39,738 bases of DNA from a virus (taxonomy: Duplodnaviria; Caudoviricetes): positions 1 to 39,738 of the IMG/VR virus record IMGVR_UViG_3300020428_000029; one strand, 5' to 3'. Positions 7,923 through 16,305 of the stretch are shown in pieces. The notes under the pieces are model-generated. The model saw only the letters and a program-made list of their open reading frames with translations, had not been told where the DNA came from and made no database searches. Both the position numbers and the translations under genes were made by a program. The first letter of the stretch is position 1, and the number at the start of each line of letters is the position of its first letter.

Positions 7923-8658
7923 GAATCATCGCAGCGACACAAGTATCCTTTAAATCTTGTTGAGCTGTACCAGTCCATTGCTCTAGCAGTTCAATCATTG
8001 GGCACTGATTCCCATGGTCTCTGTAAGCCTCGAACACAGTTTTTTCGTCTATTGCATCGAAAATACCTGAGGATAAGATATTCATTGCATTCCCCCAGTA
8101 CTCTGGGTTCCAGATGTCCTGAATCTTAGGGGTCATATCCTTGACTGCTTCTACAGTTGTCAATCCTCTTTTCTCACACTCATCTTTAAATATTTTCTCG
8201 AAAGATTTCCTGAGAATAACTGCACCTTCTTTCTTTACACCTTTAATAGGCTCACCGAATACTGCAAGCTTTTCTTTTTCCGCGACTTCACCAGCAAGAA
8301 TTTTCTTTTGACTGAATGCTAAAGAATCAAGTATGGAAGGTAAATCTTCTTGTCCACATTCGCTCCTGATCCAACTTTGCACTTGCTCAACAGTAATGGT
8401 CGTTGTCTGCTTTCCAGTTTCGAAGTAATTATATAAAGCTTCTGGAGTAATCTTTAAAACTTTAGAGAGGTTGAATGTAATCCTTGTTCTTATATCTCGC
8501 GGGTCTACTTCTCCTCTCATGTATTTAGTCATCGTTCCAATCGTGATACCCATCAACTGACATAAATCACGTTGAGAAACCTTGCCTTCGTGCTGGGTTA
8601 GAGCTTCGTTTAATTTAAAGATTAAACGCTTTATTCTCTGAGCTGAAGAGGAAGTCAT
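7915..8658 (-). CDS. XRE/Cro-CI-type HTH transcriptional regulator (repressor candidate)
   Basis: SQRDLCQLMGITIGTMTKYMRGEVDP is an XRE HTH; ATG 8658 preferred over TTG 8715; divergent from primase; no S24 peptidase domain evident. Confidence 0.8.
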   Translation of the reverse strand: MTSSSAQRIKRLIFKLNEALTQHEGKVSQRDLCQLMGITIGTMTKYMRGEVDPRDIRTRITFNLSKVLKITPEALYNYFETGKQTTTITVEQVQSWIRSECGQEDLPSILDSLAFSQKKILAGEVAEKEKLAVFGEPIKGVKKEGAVILRKSFEKIFKDECEKRGLTTVEAVKDMTPKIQDIWNPEYWGNAMNILSSGIFDAIDEKTVFEAYRDHGNQCPMIELLEQWTGTAQQDLKDTCVAAMILN

Positions 8659-8737
8659 TTGACTGCGGGGTTTATGTTGGTTGTGGTCGAAGTTCTGATT
8701 AAGGTTAAGCCTCAATCATGCAGTGTGTGTGTTACAT

Positions 8738-8771
8738 GAACCTAATTATTAAAATTTTAATAATTGGGTTC
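8738..8771. repeat. 34-bp near-perfect spacerless palindrome
   Basis: GAACCTAATTATTAAAA|TTTTAATAATTGGGTTC, one mismatch in 17 pairs. Confidence 0.9.
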
Positions 8772-8850
8772 TTCAATATGTTCACCTTAGTGCAACTTTT
8801 CGGGTTCTGCCAAGTTTTGAGTAGTTATCCTCTAGTAATTCTTCTGTACA

Positions 8851-8866
8851 ATCTAGAAGTCTAGAT
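8851..8866. promoter_or_regulatory. operator-like palindrome
   Basis: ATCTAGA-AG-TCTAGAT in repressor/primase divergent gap. Confidence 0.4.
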
Positions 8867-9077
8867 ATTTAAGCTTAGGTATATTAACTCTGCTATGTCT
8901 TGAATCCTAATCATAGTGGTCAGACTCATTATGCGAAAGATCAGGTATTCAAAATGAAAGAAGTTACGTTTTATTAAGCAAGCCAGAGTAAAAAGGAAAT
9001 ACCATAGAAGAAGTTACAAATAAGTTGTGCGTTTTGACTGAGGCGGCACAATAAGTATCCATCTAAATTTAATACTC

Positions 9078-11390
9078 GTGAATACAAATTTCTTTTGCGT
9101 GCATCCGACGTTAAAAAATAAGCCTTCAATTTTTCAATCCGAACATGCCTCTAACTGGACGAACCGTTCAGGAACTATTCAACAGTTAGCAGAACAAGTA
9201 TTAGCTGGTCGATCATTTATTCCAGCGGAGATGACAAGTCATCATCGTTCTAATTCTGCTTTTTCTAAAAGTTCTTTAGTCGTTGTCGATGTCGATAATG
9301 GTTTAACAATCGAACAGTTCAAGAATCACGACTTAGCTAAACAGGCAGCTTACTTATATACAACAGCCAGTCATGATCCATCAAAAGGAAAGGAACGCTT
9401 TCGTATTCTTTTCCAACTTCCAACAGTTATAGAAGATCCAAAGCTTTATAAGTCACTCGTCACATTACTGGTCAAACAAACCCAAGCTGACGAGGCATGC
9501 ACTGATGTTTGCAGAATTTTCTATGGCAACGATCAAGCAATAGAACCAATTAAACAGTTTGATGCTGTTCTCAGTCAGGACTATATAGATGAAGCGAAAC
9601 GTTTATTGCTTTATCAAAGACAGACATATAACAGAGAAGCTTCTCAATACGATGAACGTGCTATCGACCAAGCAATCTTCTGCCTTGAACATGTCATCGA
9701 ACCAAGTGAGGACAACGATTACAACAGATACAAAACAGTTACAGCAGCAGCAGCTTCAGCAGGTGATGTCCTTTATCAGACATGGAGTGACTGGGCTTCA
9801 AGGTGTCATCACGGAAATGTCAAAGGAGGAAGGCAGAATTCTGAACGTTATTACTACGGCTTTAAAGGTTCAACCTTATTCAAGATCTTTCAGATAGCAA
9901 CAGAAGATCGTCCAGGATGGAGAAAAGATCTACCAGAAGAACTAAGAGATACGAATACTGATTTCTATTTAGGTGTTACTGGAGATTCTTTTGCTGGATA
10001 CGACCATGGAGATTTCACTGGAGAAGATGACGATGACACTCCAGAAATTGAAATAGATTCCACTCAAGGATTATTTAGTTCACCTCCACCAACTGAAACG
10101 GCAACTCTTCCAGCTCCAACTCAACCTACAGAAAGGACTAGAACTCCAGCTCGCAGAGGAGGAGGCAATGAGAATGAAGATACCCCTGGAAGAATTAGAG
10201 ACTTATTGCTTCAGAGATTCAACGGACTTCGTTTGAATCAGATGAATCAGCAGTTGGAATACGGACCGAACTCTGAGCCTAGAGAGGTACATGACCCAAC
10301 ACATCTATATATACATGTCAGTGAAGGTCAAGGAACAGTGTTTCCAAAGACACTTGTCTTCGACCTGGCGCAGGTTATTGGCCATGAGAATCAATACCAT
10401 CCTGTTCGCTCTTACCTTGATTACTGTCAACGGTTCGAACCTTGTCCTTACTTCAATCATTTAGCAAGTGAGTTACTCGGTGTCTCCAATGACCCGATTC
10501 AAAATCCAATCATGCCTAACGGGATGCGATTAGCAGACGTCATCATGAAACGATTTTTTATTGGTGCGGTCGCTCGTGTCATGCAGCCTGGATGCAGACA
10601 TGACTGGATGCCCATCTTGATAGGAGATCAGAACTGCGGAAAGACAACTTTCTTCCAGTACTTAACTCCTCAATCTTTGTTAGACGGAACCTATCCTTGG
10701 GTGACAACAATGCAGCAGGGAATTGAATATCTCAAAGAAAAACCTCATGCACTTCACTCAGGATTCATTGTTGTGATGGATGAGTTCGAGAGATATACAA
10801 AGCGAAAATATGTAGAAGAATTGAAAAACTTAGTCTCCGTCAGTGTTGATCGTTCTGCACGTAAGTATGAAAACGAGAAGTCCTATCCCAGAAGTTTTGT
10901 CCTCGCAGGAGCAACAAACAATACAGACTTCCTTGTTGACCCAAGTGGAAATAGAAGATTCCTTCCCATTATTGTCCAAGGTAAGGTTGCTTCTAAAGAG
11001 AATCCCAATATCAAGATCATTGATTTAGATCGATTGAAAAGGGACAGGAACTCCATCTGGGCAGCAGCTTATGCTCATTACTGCGATCAGCCTGTTCATG
11101 TCTTTACGAGTCATGAATTAAACCACGTTTCTGATTTCACTGATTCCTTCACCAGAGATAACCCGATCGACGCCAAAGTCATTGAATGCGTTCAGCACAA
11201 TACGACTGGCTATACCAACGATGGATCTTCCTATGTAACCCTGCATGATATTTACAACTGGTTAGAGATTCCGATTACTCAACACCGTCAAATGTCCCAA
11301 GATATTATTGATTGTTTGAAAAGAATGGATTACAAAAATAAAAAAATTAAAAAGAATGGTAAACAAATGAGGGTATGGATCAAGAAATAA
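9078..11390 (+). CDS. primase-helicase (primase-like N-terminus, PriCT-2-like, VirE/VapE ATPase)
   Basis: VVDVD and YTTASH...RFRILF primase motifs; WSDWAS PriCT-2-like segment; YHPVRSYL, Walker A GDQNCGKT, Walker B VVMDE, FLVDPSGNRRF of VirE family. Confidence 0.9.
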   Translation: MNTNFFCVHPTLKNKPSIFQSEHASNWTNRSGTIQQLAEQVLAGRSFIPAEMTSHHRSNSAFSKSSLVVVDVDNGLTIEQFKNHDLAKQAAYLYTTASHDPSKGKERFRILFQLPTVIEDPKLYKSLVTLLVKQTQADEACTDVCRIFYGNDQAIEPIKQFDAVLSQDYIDEAKRLLLYQRQTYNREASQYDERAIDQAIFCLEHVIEPSEDNDYNRYKTVTAAAASAGDVLYQTWSDWASRCHHGNVKGGRQNSERYYYGFKGSTLFKIFQIATEDRPGWRKDLPEELRDTNTDFYLGVTGDSFAGYDHGDFTGEDDDDTPEIEIDSTQGLFSSPPPTETATLPAPTQPTERTRTPARRGGGNENEDTPGRIRDLLLQRFNGLRLNQMNQQLEYGPNSEPREVHDPTHLYIHVSEGQGTVFPKTLVFDLAQVIGHENQYHPVRSYLDYCQRFEPCPYFNHLASELLGVSNDPIQNPIMPNGMRLADVIMKRFFIGAVARVMQPGCRHDWMPILIGDQNCGKTTFFQYLTPQSLLDGTYPWVTTMQQGIEYLKEKPHALHSGFIVVMDEFERYTKRKYVEELKNLVSVSVDRSARKYENEKSYPRSFVLAGATNNTDFLVDPSGNRRFLPIIVQGKVASKENPNIKIIDLDRLKRDRNSIWAAAYAHYCDQPVHVFTSHELNHVSDFTDSFTRDNPIDAKVIECVQHNTTGYTNDGSSYVTLHDIYNWLEIPITQHRQMSQDIIDCLKRMDYKNKKIKKNGKQMRVWIKK

Positions 11391-11429
11391 CGTGAGACAT
11401 TTATAAGATTCGCAAGACGAGTCTTACAT

Positions 11430-11465
11430 AAGACCACTGAGCTTCCTGTCTTGGTGGTCTTTTTT
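11430..11465 (+). terminator. rho-independent terminator
   Basis: AAGACCACTGAG...CTTGGTGGTCTT stem followed by T-run, 40 nt after primase stop. Confidence 0.8.
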
Positions 11466-11492
11466 CATGTCTTCTTTCAATCCTCCTTTCAT

Positions 11493-11725
11493 GGGGTACA
11501 TACTCCTTCTCTTCTAACTCTTTAGTAATAAATGAGTCTTATAAAAAGGTGACAGGGGTACGGCAGTTTCTAGAACCTTTCTTGAAAAGAAGGCGGCATT
11601 TTCTTCAAACTTTCCCTTTACAGATTCCCTATGATTAGTAGTAAGTGAATAAAAAGAAAGAAATAAGGAAGAGATTATTTCAAATAAAGTTTAAGAAAGG
11701 CGTGTACCCCGCGTACCCCGTACCC
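11493..11725. repeat. ori-like region with convergent GGGGTAC/GTACCCC iterons
   Basis: GGGGTAC at 11493 and 11555; GTACCCC at 11704 and 11713, GTACCC at 11720; inner CCTTTCTT/AAGAAAGG inverted pair; AT-rich centre; directly after primase-helicase. Confidence 0.6.
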
Positions 11726-11757
11726 TTTAGATAAGCCAAAATGATTGCTGCAGTATC

Positions 11758-12069
11758 ATGTCTACTTCTGACCATCCTATGTATGGAATTGATCGGGACA
11801 CTCTAAATACAATCCTGCGAAAGGATTTCAAGCAACTCACTAAACAGGATATTACTGATTTATCCAGGCTAATTATTAGATACCAGTCTTCAAGCCTTGA
11901 CGATGAAATCGTAGGAGACATAACAGCCTTCCTTGATCGCATTGGCAAGACTAGGACTCAGCTCCACGAAAAATCTAGATCAATTTGGCAGTCTGGATTC
12001 AGACCAAATCAATTTGCTGATGGAGAGGTCGGGTCTGGTGCTGACGTCGAAGCTGGATGTGGATCGTAA
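11758..12069 (+). CDS. DUF3288-family cyanobacterial protein
   Basis: HP...DR, DLSRLIIRYQ, L...SRSIW and VGSG patterns of DUF3288. Confidence 0.75.
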   Translation: MSTSDHPMYGIDRDTLNTILRKDFKQLTKQDITDLSRLIIRYQSSSLDDEIVGDITAFLDRIGKTRTQLHEKSRSIWQSGFRPNQFADGEVGSGADVEAGCGS

Positions 12070-12173
12070 TCGTCGTCGGGTGGACCCATCGTTTTGTAGT
12101 CCAGTAATCGTTTTAAGGTTTCTATCTCCTCTTCTAAATGTTCAATGTGATTTTGATATAAACCATTCATGAA

Positions 12174-12386
12174 TTATCTTCTCTTATTTTCAAGTTGTCT
12201 AAGTCTTGTCTCATGATCTTTGACATCTTCTTTTAGGATAATTATATCCTTAGATATTTCGCTTCTTAGGAGTTGTACTTCCCTAAGTATTGCTTCCATT
12301 CCTCTCTTCATGCTTCCCTGAGTGAAAGCTATTCGCCAGAGCGCACCAGCGGATGCGACTCCTATGACAGCAGTGATTTCAAGCAT
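12174..12386 (-). CDS. small membrane-anchored coiled-coil protein
   Basis: N-terminal hydrophobic helix, DHETRLRQLE coil; GGAGG RBS. Confidence 0.65.
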   Translation of the reverse strand: MLEITAVIGVASAGALWRIAFTQGSMKRGMEAILREVQLLRSEISKDIIILKEDVKDHETRLRQLENKRR

Positions 12387-12412
12387 GGCATTGCACCTCC
12401 ATAGTTATTCTA

Positions 12413-12916
12413 TTGCAAAATTTAAAGCCACCTAAAGCTCCCAAGCATTGGGATCAACGTTTCTTAGTCCTAGCTTCAAATATAGCAGGATGGTCTAAAG
12501 ACCCATCTACAAAAGTAGGTGCGATAGCTGTACGTGATAAACGCATTTTAGCTCAAGGGTTTAATGGCCTACCTGTCGGCATAACTGATTCAGATACACG
12601 ACTCAATGATCGAGAGCTTCGATTAAGTATGACTGTTCATGCTGAGATGAATTGTGTCGCTTTCGCAGCAAAGTCTGGAGTTTGTTTAGCTGGATCAACG
12701 ATGTATATATGGCCTTTAATGACATGCAGTAATTGTGCTGCTGTTTTAATTCAAGCTGATATTACTAAGATCATCGTCCCTGATTTTGTAGAACCTATAC
12801 GCTGGCAAGATTCATTTAATGCAGCACGAGAGATGTTTATAGAGGCTGGAGTTTCTGTGCATCGAATACCAATTAGAGGTCCACTCGATAGTGAGGAAGA
12901 GGAAAGCGATCACTAA
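12413..12916 (+). CDS. dCMP deaminase
   Basis: WSKDPSTKVGA, GFNGLP, HAE and CxxC (CSNC) zinc motifs intact. Confidence 0.92.
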   Translation: MQNLKPPKAPKHWDQRFLVLASNIAGWSKDPSTKVGAIAVRDKRILAQGFNGLPVGITDSDTRLNDRELRLSMTVHAEMNCVAFAAKSGVCLAGSTMYIWPLMTCSNCAAVLIQADITKIIVPDFVEPIRWQDSFNAAREMFIEAGVSVHRIPIRGPLDSEEEESDH

Positions 12917-12976
12917 ACCTTGTCAATTCCACTAGATTGCTTACTGTAACAATCAGTATGCAAGACATCAGATGCG

Positions 12977-13219
12977 ATGAAGGAATTGAAGCTAGGCCAC
13001 CGCGTCAAGAATACGAACAGAGATGTTAACGGAATGGTGGCTGGCGCTCAACAAGCTAATGGAGTTAATAGCGTCCTAGTGCCAGTGGTTCTGGAGGGTT
13101 CGACTCGTAGAGAACTCTGGCCTATCGATCAAATTAAACTTCTTCCAAAATCAAAACAGCTTATCGCTCTTGGTGGAAAATTTAATCCACCCAAAGGCTA
13201 TCCACTTCACCTTAAATAG
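12977..13219 (+). CDS. hypothetical protein
   Basis: 80-aa ORF heading an operon; TTGTCA-16-TACTGT promoter-like sequence upstream. Confidence 0.7.
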   Translation: MKELKLGHRVKNTNRDVNGMVAGAQQANGVNSVLVPVVLEGSTRRELWPIDQIKLLPKSKQLIALGGKFNPPKGYPLHLK

Positions 13220-13221
13220 TC

Positions 13222-13899
13222 ATGGCACAATGGGCACTTCCTCCTGACCTTCACTCTCAGATAGAAGGAGGACCTTTATGTTTTCATTCCGATCACAATA
13301 TTGGAGCGAAAGATGGATTGATTCCTCGTTATAAAGATAGTCATGCCTGTGTTCGATGTGTTGCAGCTTTAACTGAAGGACGTCTTGCTTTAGATGTTCA
13401 TCGAATTGAAAAGATTCATCGCCGTAGATTTTTAGAATTCTGGTCGTTTGTTGAGATGGGCGGAGCAAATGATTGTTGGCCCTGGAGAGGCAAGTATCAC
13501 ACACGCTGTTCATCAAGTTACTTTCCTATACCGAGATTCTGGGGCAAAGGTCGCCAGTATTCAGCATCAAGAGTTGCCGCTTGGTTGACATGGGGAGATA
13601 TCGGAAGACTTCCAATTAAAAATATCTGTGGTGACAATAATTGCTGCAACCCTCTGCATATAAAAATCAAAGGGGTTCCACATTTCTACCATCGAAGAAA
13701 ACTCGACACGATGGATATCGACTTCAGTACTAGGAAATTAGAAAGCGAAACTTCACTCTTCTTAGAAACTACAGCAACGAAAGATCCTAAAACTTTTGAA
13801 CGTTTAGAGAAGACTAATAAAATCTGGATCAACTGGCGCATGGGCAGCGATGAGCCACTTAACTCGCTTATGGGGAGTCCTGCTGACGAGAATAAGTAA
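13222..13899 (+). CDS. HNH/His-Cys-box-like protein, predicted catalytically inactive
   Basis: FWSFV...DCWPWRG...ASRVAAWLTWG...IKNICGDNNCCNPLHI matches phage HNH_3 scaffold; AHR>ASR and V.H.C>IKNIC. Confidence 0.7.
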   Translation: MAQWALPPDLHSQIEGGPLCFHSDHNIGAKDGLIPRYKDSHACVRCVAALTEGRLALDVHRIEKIHRRRFLEFWSFVEMGGANDCWPWRGKYHTRCSSSYFPIPRFWGKGRQYSASRVAAWLTWGDIGRLPIKNICGDNNCCNPLHIKIKGVPHFYHRRKLDTMDIDFSTRKLESETSLFLETTATKDPKTFERLEKTNKIWINWRMGSDEPLNSLMGSPADENK

Positions 13900-13932
13900 G
13901 ATATAAAGGAGACGTAATTATTACTGATATCC

Positions 13933-14883
13933 GTGGCGACACTTGCCGAAATTGCTAAAGCCAAGCTTGCCGAGAAATCATCGGACTACGCGAATCCCTG
14001 GTATGACCCAGACAAAGGTCATGGCGGTAGAAAAGGAGACTATTTCGGATATGACGACGACGTTTATAACAAATTTGTAGCAGCGGATCAGGATGGCGAT
14101 GGAATAATTTCTAAGAACGAATATAAAACCTGGGATAGTCTTGAATACGATATCAAGAATGACGATCACGCTCCTTTCTACAAAGGCAAGTGGGATAGAG
14201 GAGCTGCTAGACAAAGAGCACTTTTACGTGGACTCTCTAGAAATAATTTATCGCTAGAAGATAGCAGCGTTCTTGCTCATCACGGAATCTGGCAAGACGA
14301 TCAAACTGGTGATCTTTTTGGTGCTACCGCTTACGACAGTAGTTTATGGGGCAGAAGAGGAGATGATAACTTATCTTCCTATGCTGGGCATTTCGAAAAA
14401 GACGACGAAAATTTATCTAATACATATTTTGATTATGCAAACTGGGGCGATGATGGAGTCCCTGTTTACAAATATGCTTACCAAGGAGATTGGACTCCTG
14501 CAGAACAAGAAGAAGAAGTCACCGCTTGTCCAGCAGGTCAGGTAAGAGGAACTTCTGGAGCATGTATTGATGACAATGAATATGCAGAAGATCCATGGGA
14601 AGAGCCAAAGAAAACTCCAAAAGCATTAGTTGATAAGAGAACTGATTGGGATGCTAACTGGGACCCTAATCGTGCAGGAATTACTCCAGTAGAGCAAGGA
14701 AGCATTCCCTTCAATACGGCTGACATGTTGAATGACAAATCCAATCAGTCATCAGCATCAAATTCTATTACTGGTGGAAAATTTTCAAACTTCCTGGATG
14801 GCTACCAAGAGAGCAGCAATACCAAGAAGCAACTCGAAAGTTTACTTAGAGCGACTGGGTTCTCTGGTGGTGGACTTTCCTAA
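13933..14883 (+). CDS. acidic protein with EF-hand-like motif
   Basis: DQDGDGIISKNE canonical EF-hand loop; CPAGQ...C motif; D/G/Y/W-rich. Confidence 0.7.
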   Translation: MATLAEIAKAKLAEKSSDYANPWYDPDKGHGGRKGDYFGYDDDVYNKFVAADQDGDGIISKNEYKTWDSLEYDIKNDDHAPFYKGKWDRGAARQRALLRGLSRNNLSLEDSSVLAHHGIWQDDQTGDLFGATAYDSSLWGRRGDDNLSSYAGHFEKDDENLSNTYFDYANWGDDGVPVYKYAYQGDWTPAEQEEEVTACPAGQVRGTSGACIDDNEYAEDPWEEPKKTPKALVDKRTDWDANWDPNRAGITPVEQGSIPFNTADMLNDKSNQSSASNSITGGKFSNFLDGYQESSNTKKQLESLLRATGFSGGGLS

Positions 14884-14916
14884 ACTATTAACAAGATCAC
14901 TAACTAATTATTAATA

Positions 14917-15531
14917 ATGACATCTTCTGCGGAACAAGCTAAAGAAAGAACGGTTGAGTGGCTTAAAGGCGTCTATCAATCTGAACTAGGTCGAGAACTT
15001 GGTGATGAAGGTAAAGACTACTGGACGGCAGATATACATGATCGTGGTCAAACTCAAGAACAAGTCTTAGCGAATATAAGAAGGAGTAACGAGTACAAAG
15101 GATATCAAAGAGGTAAAGGTTCTACACCAGCACCAGGGCCAGCTCCATCTCCAAGTCCAGCTCCAAGCCCAAGTCCAGCACCTTCTCCTTCACCAGCTCC
15201 ATCCCCAAGTCCAGCTCCAAGTCCAGCTCCCTACAAATACACAGCCATTGATGCTGCAGCTATTGCGGGTAATGCAATGACTGATGATTACTATTCTCGC
15301 TTCCTTCCTCAGATGAGAAAAGAAGTCATGCTTGGCATTGATGAGATAGGAGCTTCAGATCGTTATCACTCTGATCGCTGGGAAGGTAAGCCTCCTGAGT
15401 TTGATGATCCAATGGAATTATTCAATAAATACAGAAGTAGTGGTGTCGGAGGAAGCGGTACCAACGCCACAACGATTGAGTCTTTGCAGCAACGGATTAA
15501 AGATCTAGAAGATAAATATTCAGTTAATTAG
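14917..15531 (+). CDS. DUF4214-like domain protein with Pro/Ser/Ala linker
   Basis: VYQSELGRELGDEGKDYW...RGQTQEQVLANIRRSNEY followed by (PAPSPS)n. Confidence 0.75.
   Translation: MTSSAEQAKERTVEWLKGVYQSELGRELGDEGKDYWTADIHDRGQTQEQVLANIRRSNEYKGYQRGKGSTPAPGPAPSPSPAPSPSPAPSPSPAPSPSPAPSPAPYKYTAIDAAAIAGNAMTDDYYSRFLPQMRKEVMLGIDEIGASDRYHSDRWEGKPPEFDDPMELFNKYRSSGVGGSGTNATTIESLQQRIKDLEDKYSVN
15127..15231 (+). repeat. coding tandem repeat (PAPSPS)x4 plus partial copies
   Basis: 18-bp units with synonymous variation. Confidence 0.9.
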
Positions 15532-15972
15532 ATGACACGCTTTGCTGGAGACACAATAGGGATCAAATCCCTTTCAGACATTACAGCGGATAGGTCTACG
15601 GAACTTAGTGATTTTGCTAGACGCCTTGCTGTTATGGAAGGAGGAGGAGCTGTAGATCCTGAAGATGCTGAGAGATCGAAGGAGAGAGAGATTCTCAGGG
15701 AATTATATGCTGCACAAATAGCAGAAGGCTTTGATATTCCAACATCAATGCGTTATAACCCTGCGGCTACTCCAGAAGATTGGGATAGATACGACTTTGC
15801 TTTTGGTGAAATAGATAGACCTGCTTTCGGAAAAGGAGGGGGGTCGGCACGAGCAAGAGCTGGACAGGCAGCAAATAGAGCGGCAGCAAAGGCAAGGGCT
15901 AATTCAAGAGGACGCGATGGAGGTAAACCATCAAGAAGTCAAAAAGCAGGAGCTAAACGTCGCGGCGGATAA
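15532..15972 (+). CDS. hypothetical protein with basic Gly/Ala/Arg tail
   Basis: Abuts previous stop; acidic N-half, R/K-rich C-tail. Confidence 0.7.
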   Translation: MTRFAGDTIGIKSLSDITADRSTELSDFARRLAVMEGGGAVDPEDAERSKEREILRELYAAQIAEGFDIPTSMRYNPAATPEDWDRYDFAFGEIDRPAFGKGGGSARARAGQAANRAAAKARANSRGRDGGKPSRSQKAGAKRRGG

Positions 15973-16030
15973 TTAACCCACCAATATCAATTTATATTTG
16001 TTACGTTATGTGAAGCATCTTACATAATGC

Positions 16031-16231
16031 GTGACTGAGCAACTAACTGACGAAGAGTGGATCAAGCAGACTTATCGGGACGAACTTCGTAGAGAACCTG
16101 ATGAGATTGGCCTTGATTATTGGATTGCTGACATCAAAGACAGAGGTCAAACAAGAGATCAAGTCCTAAGTAATATTCGATTGTCGCCTGAATATGAAGC
16201 ACTGCAAAACCAGTTGTCGTCTGACTCTTAA
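16031..16231 (+). CDS. stand-alone DUF4214-like domain protein
   Basis: YRDELRREPDEIGLDYW...RGQTRDQVLSNIRLSPEY; paralogous to N-terminus of 14917..15531. Confidence 0.75.
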   Translation: MTEQLTDEEWIKQTYRDELRREPDEIGLDYWIADIKDRGQTRDQVLSNIRLSPEYEALQNQLSSDS

Positions 16232-16251
16232 AACTAATTGAGTGTCGGGGC

Positions 16252-16280
16252 TTGCAATCTGATTAATAGCGAACTAACTT
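16252..16280 (+). promoter_or_regulatory. sigma70-like promoter candidate
   Basis: TTGCAA-17 nt-TAACTT upstream of ThyX-like gene. Confidence 0.4.
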
Positions 16281-16305
16281 CTGGTTAGATCCGCTTAGAT
16301 GGGTA

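Noticed and set aside
9589-11028. Nested + strand ORFs inside the primase-helicase
   Set aside because: Off-frame ORFs with no motifs or evident RBS.
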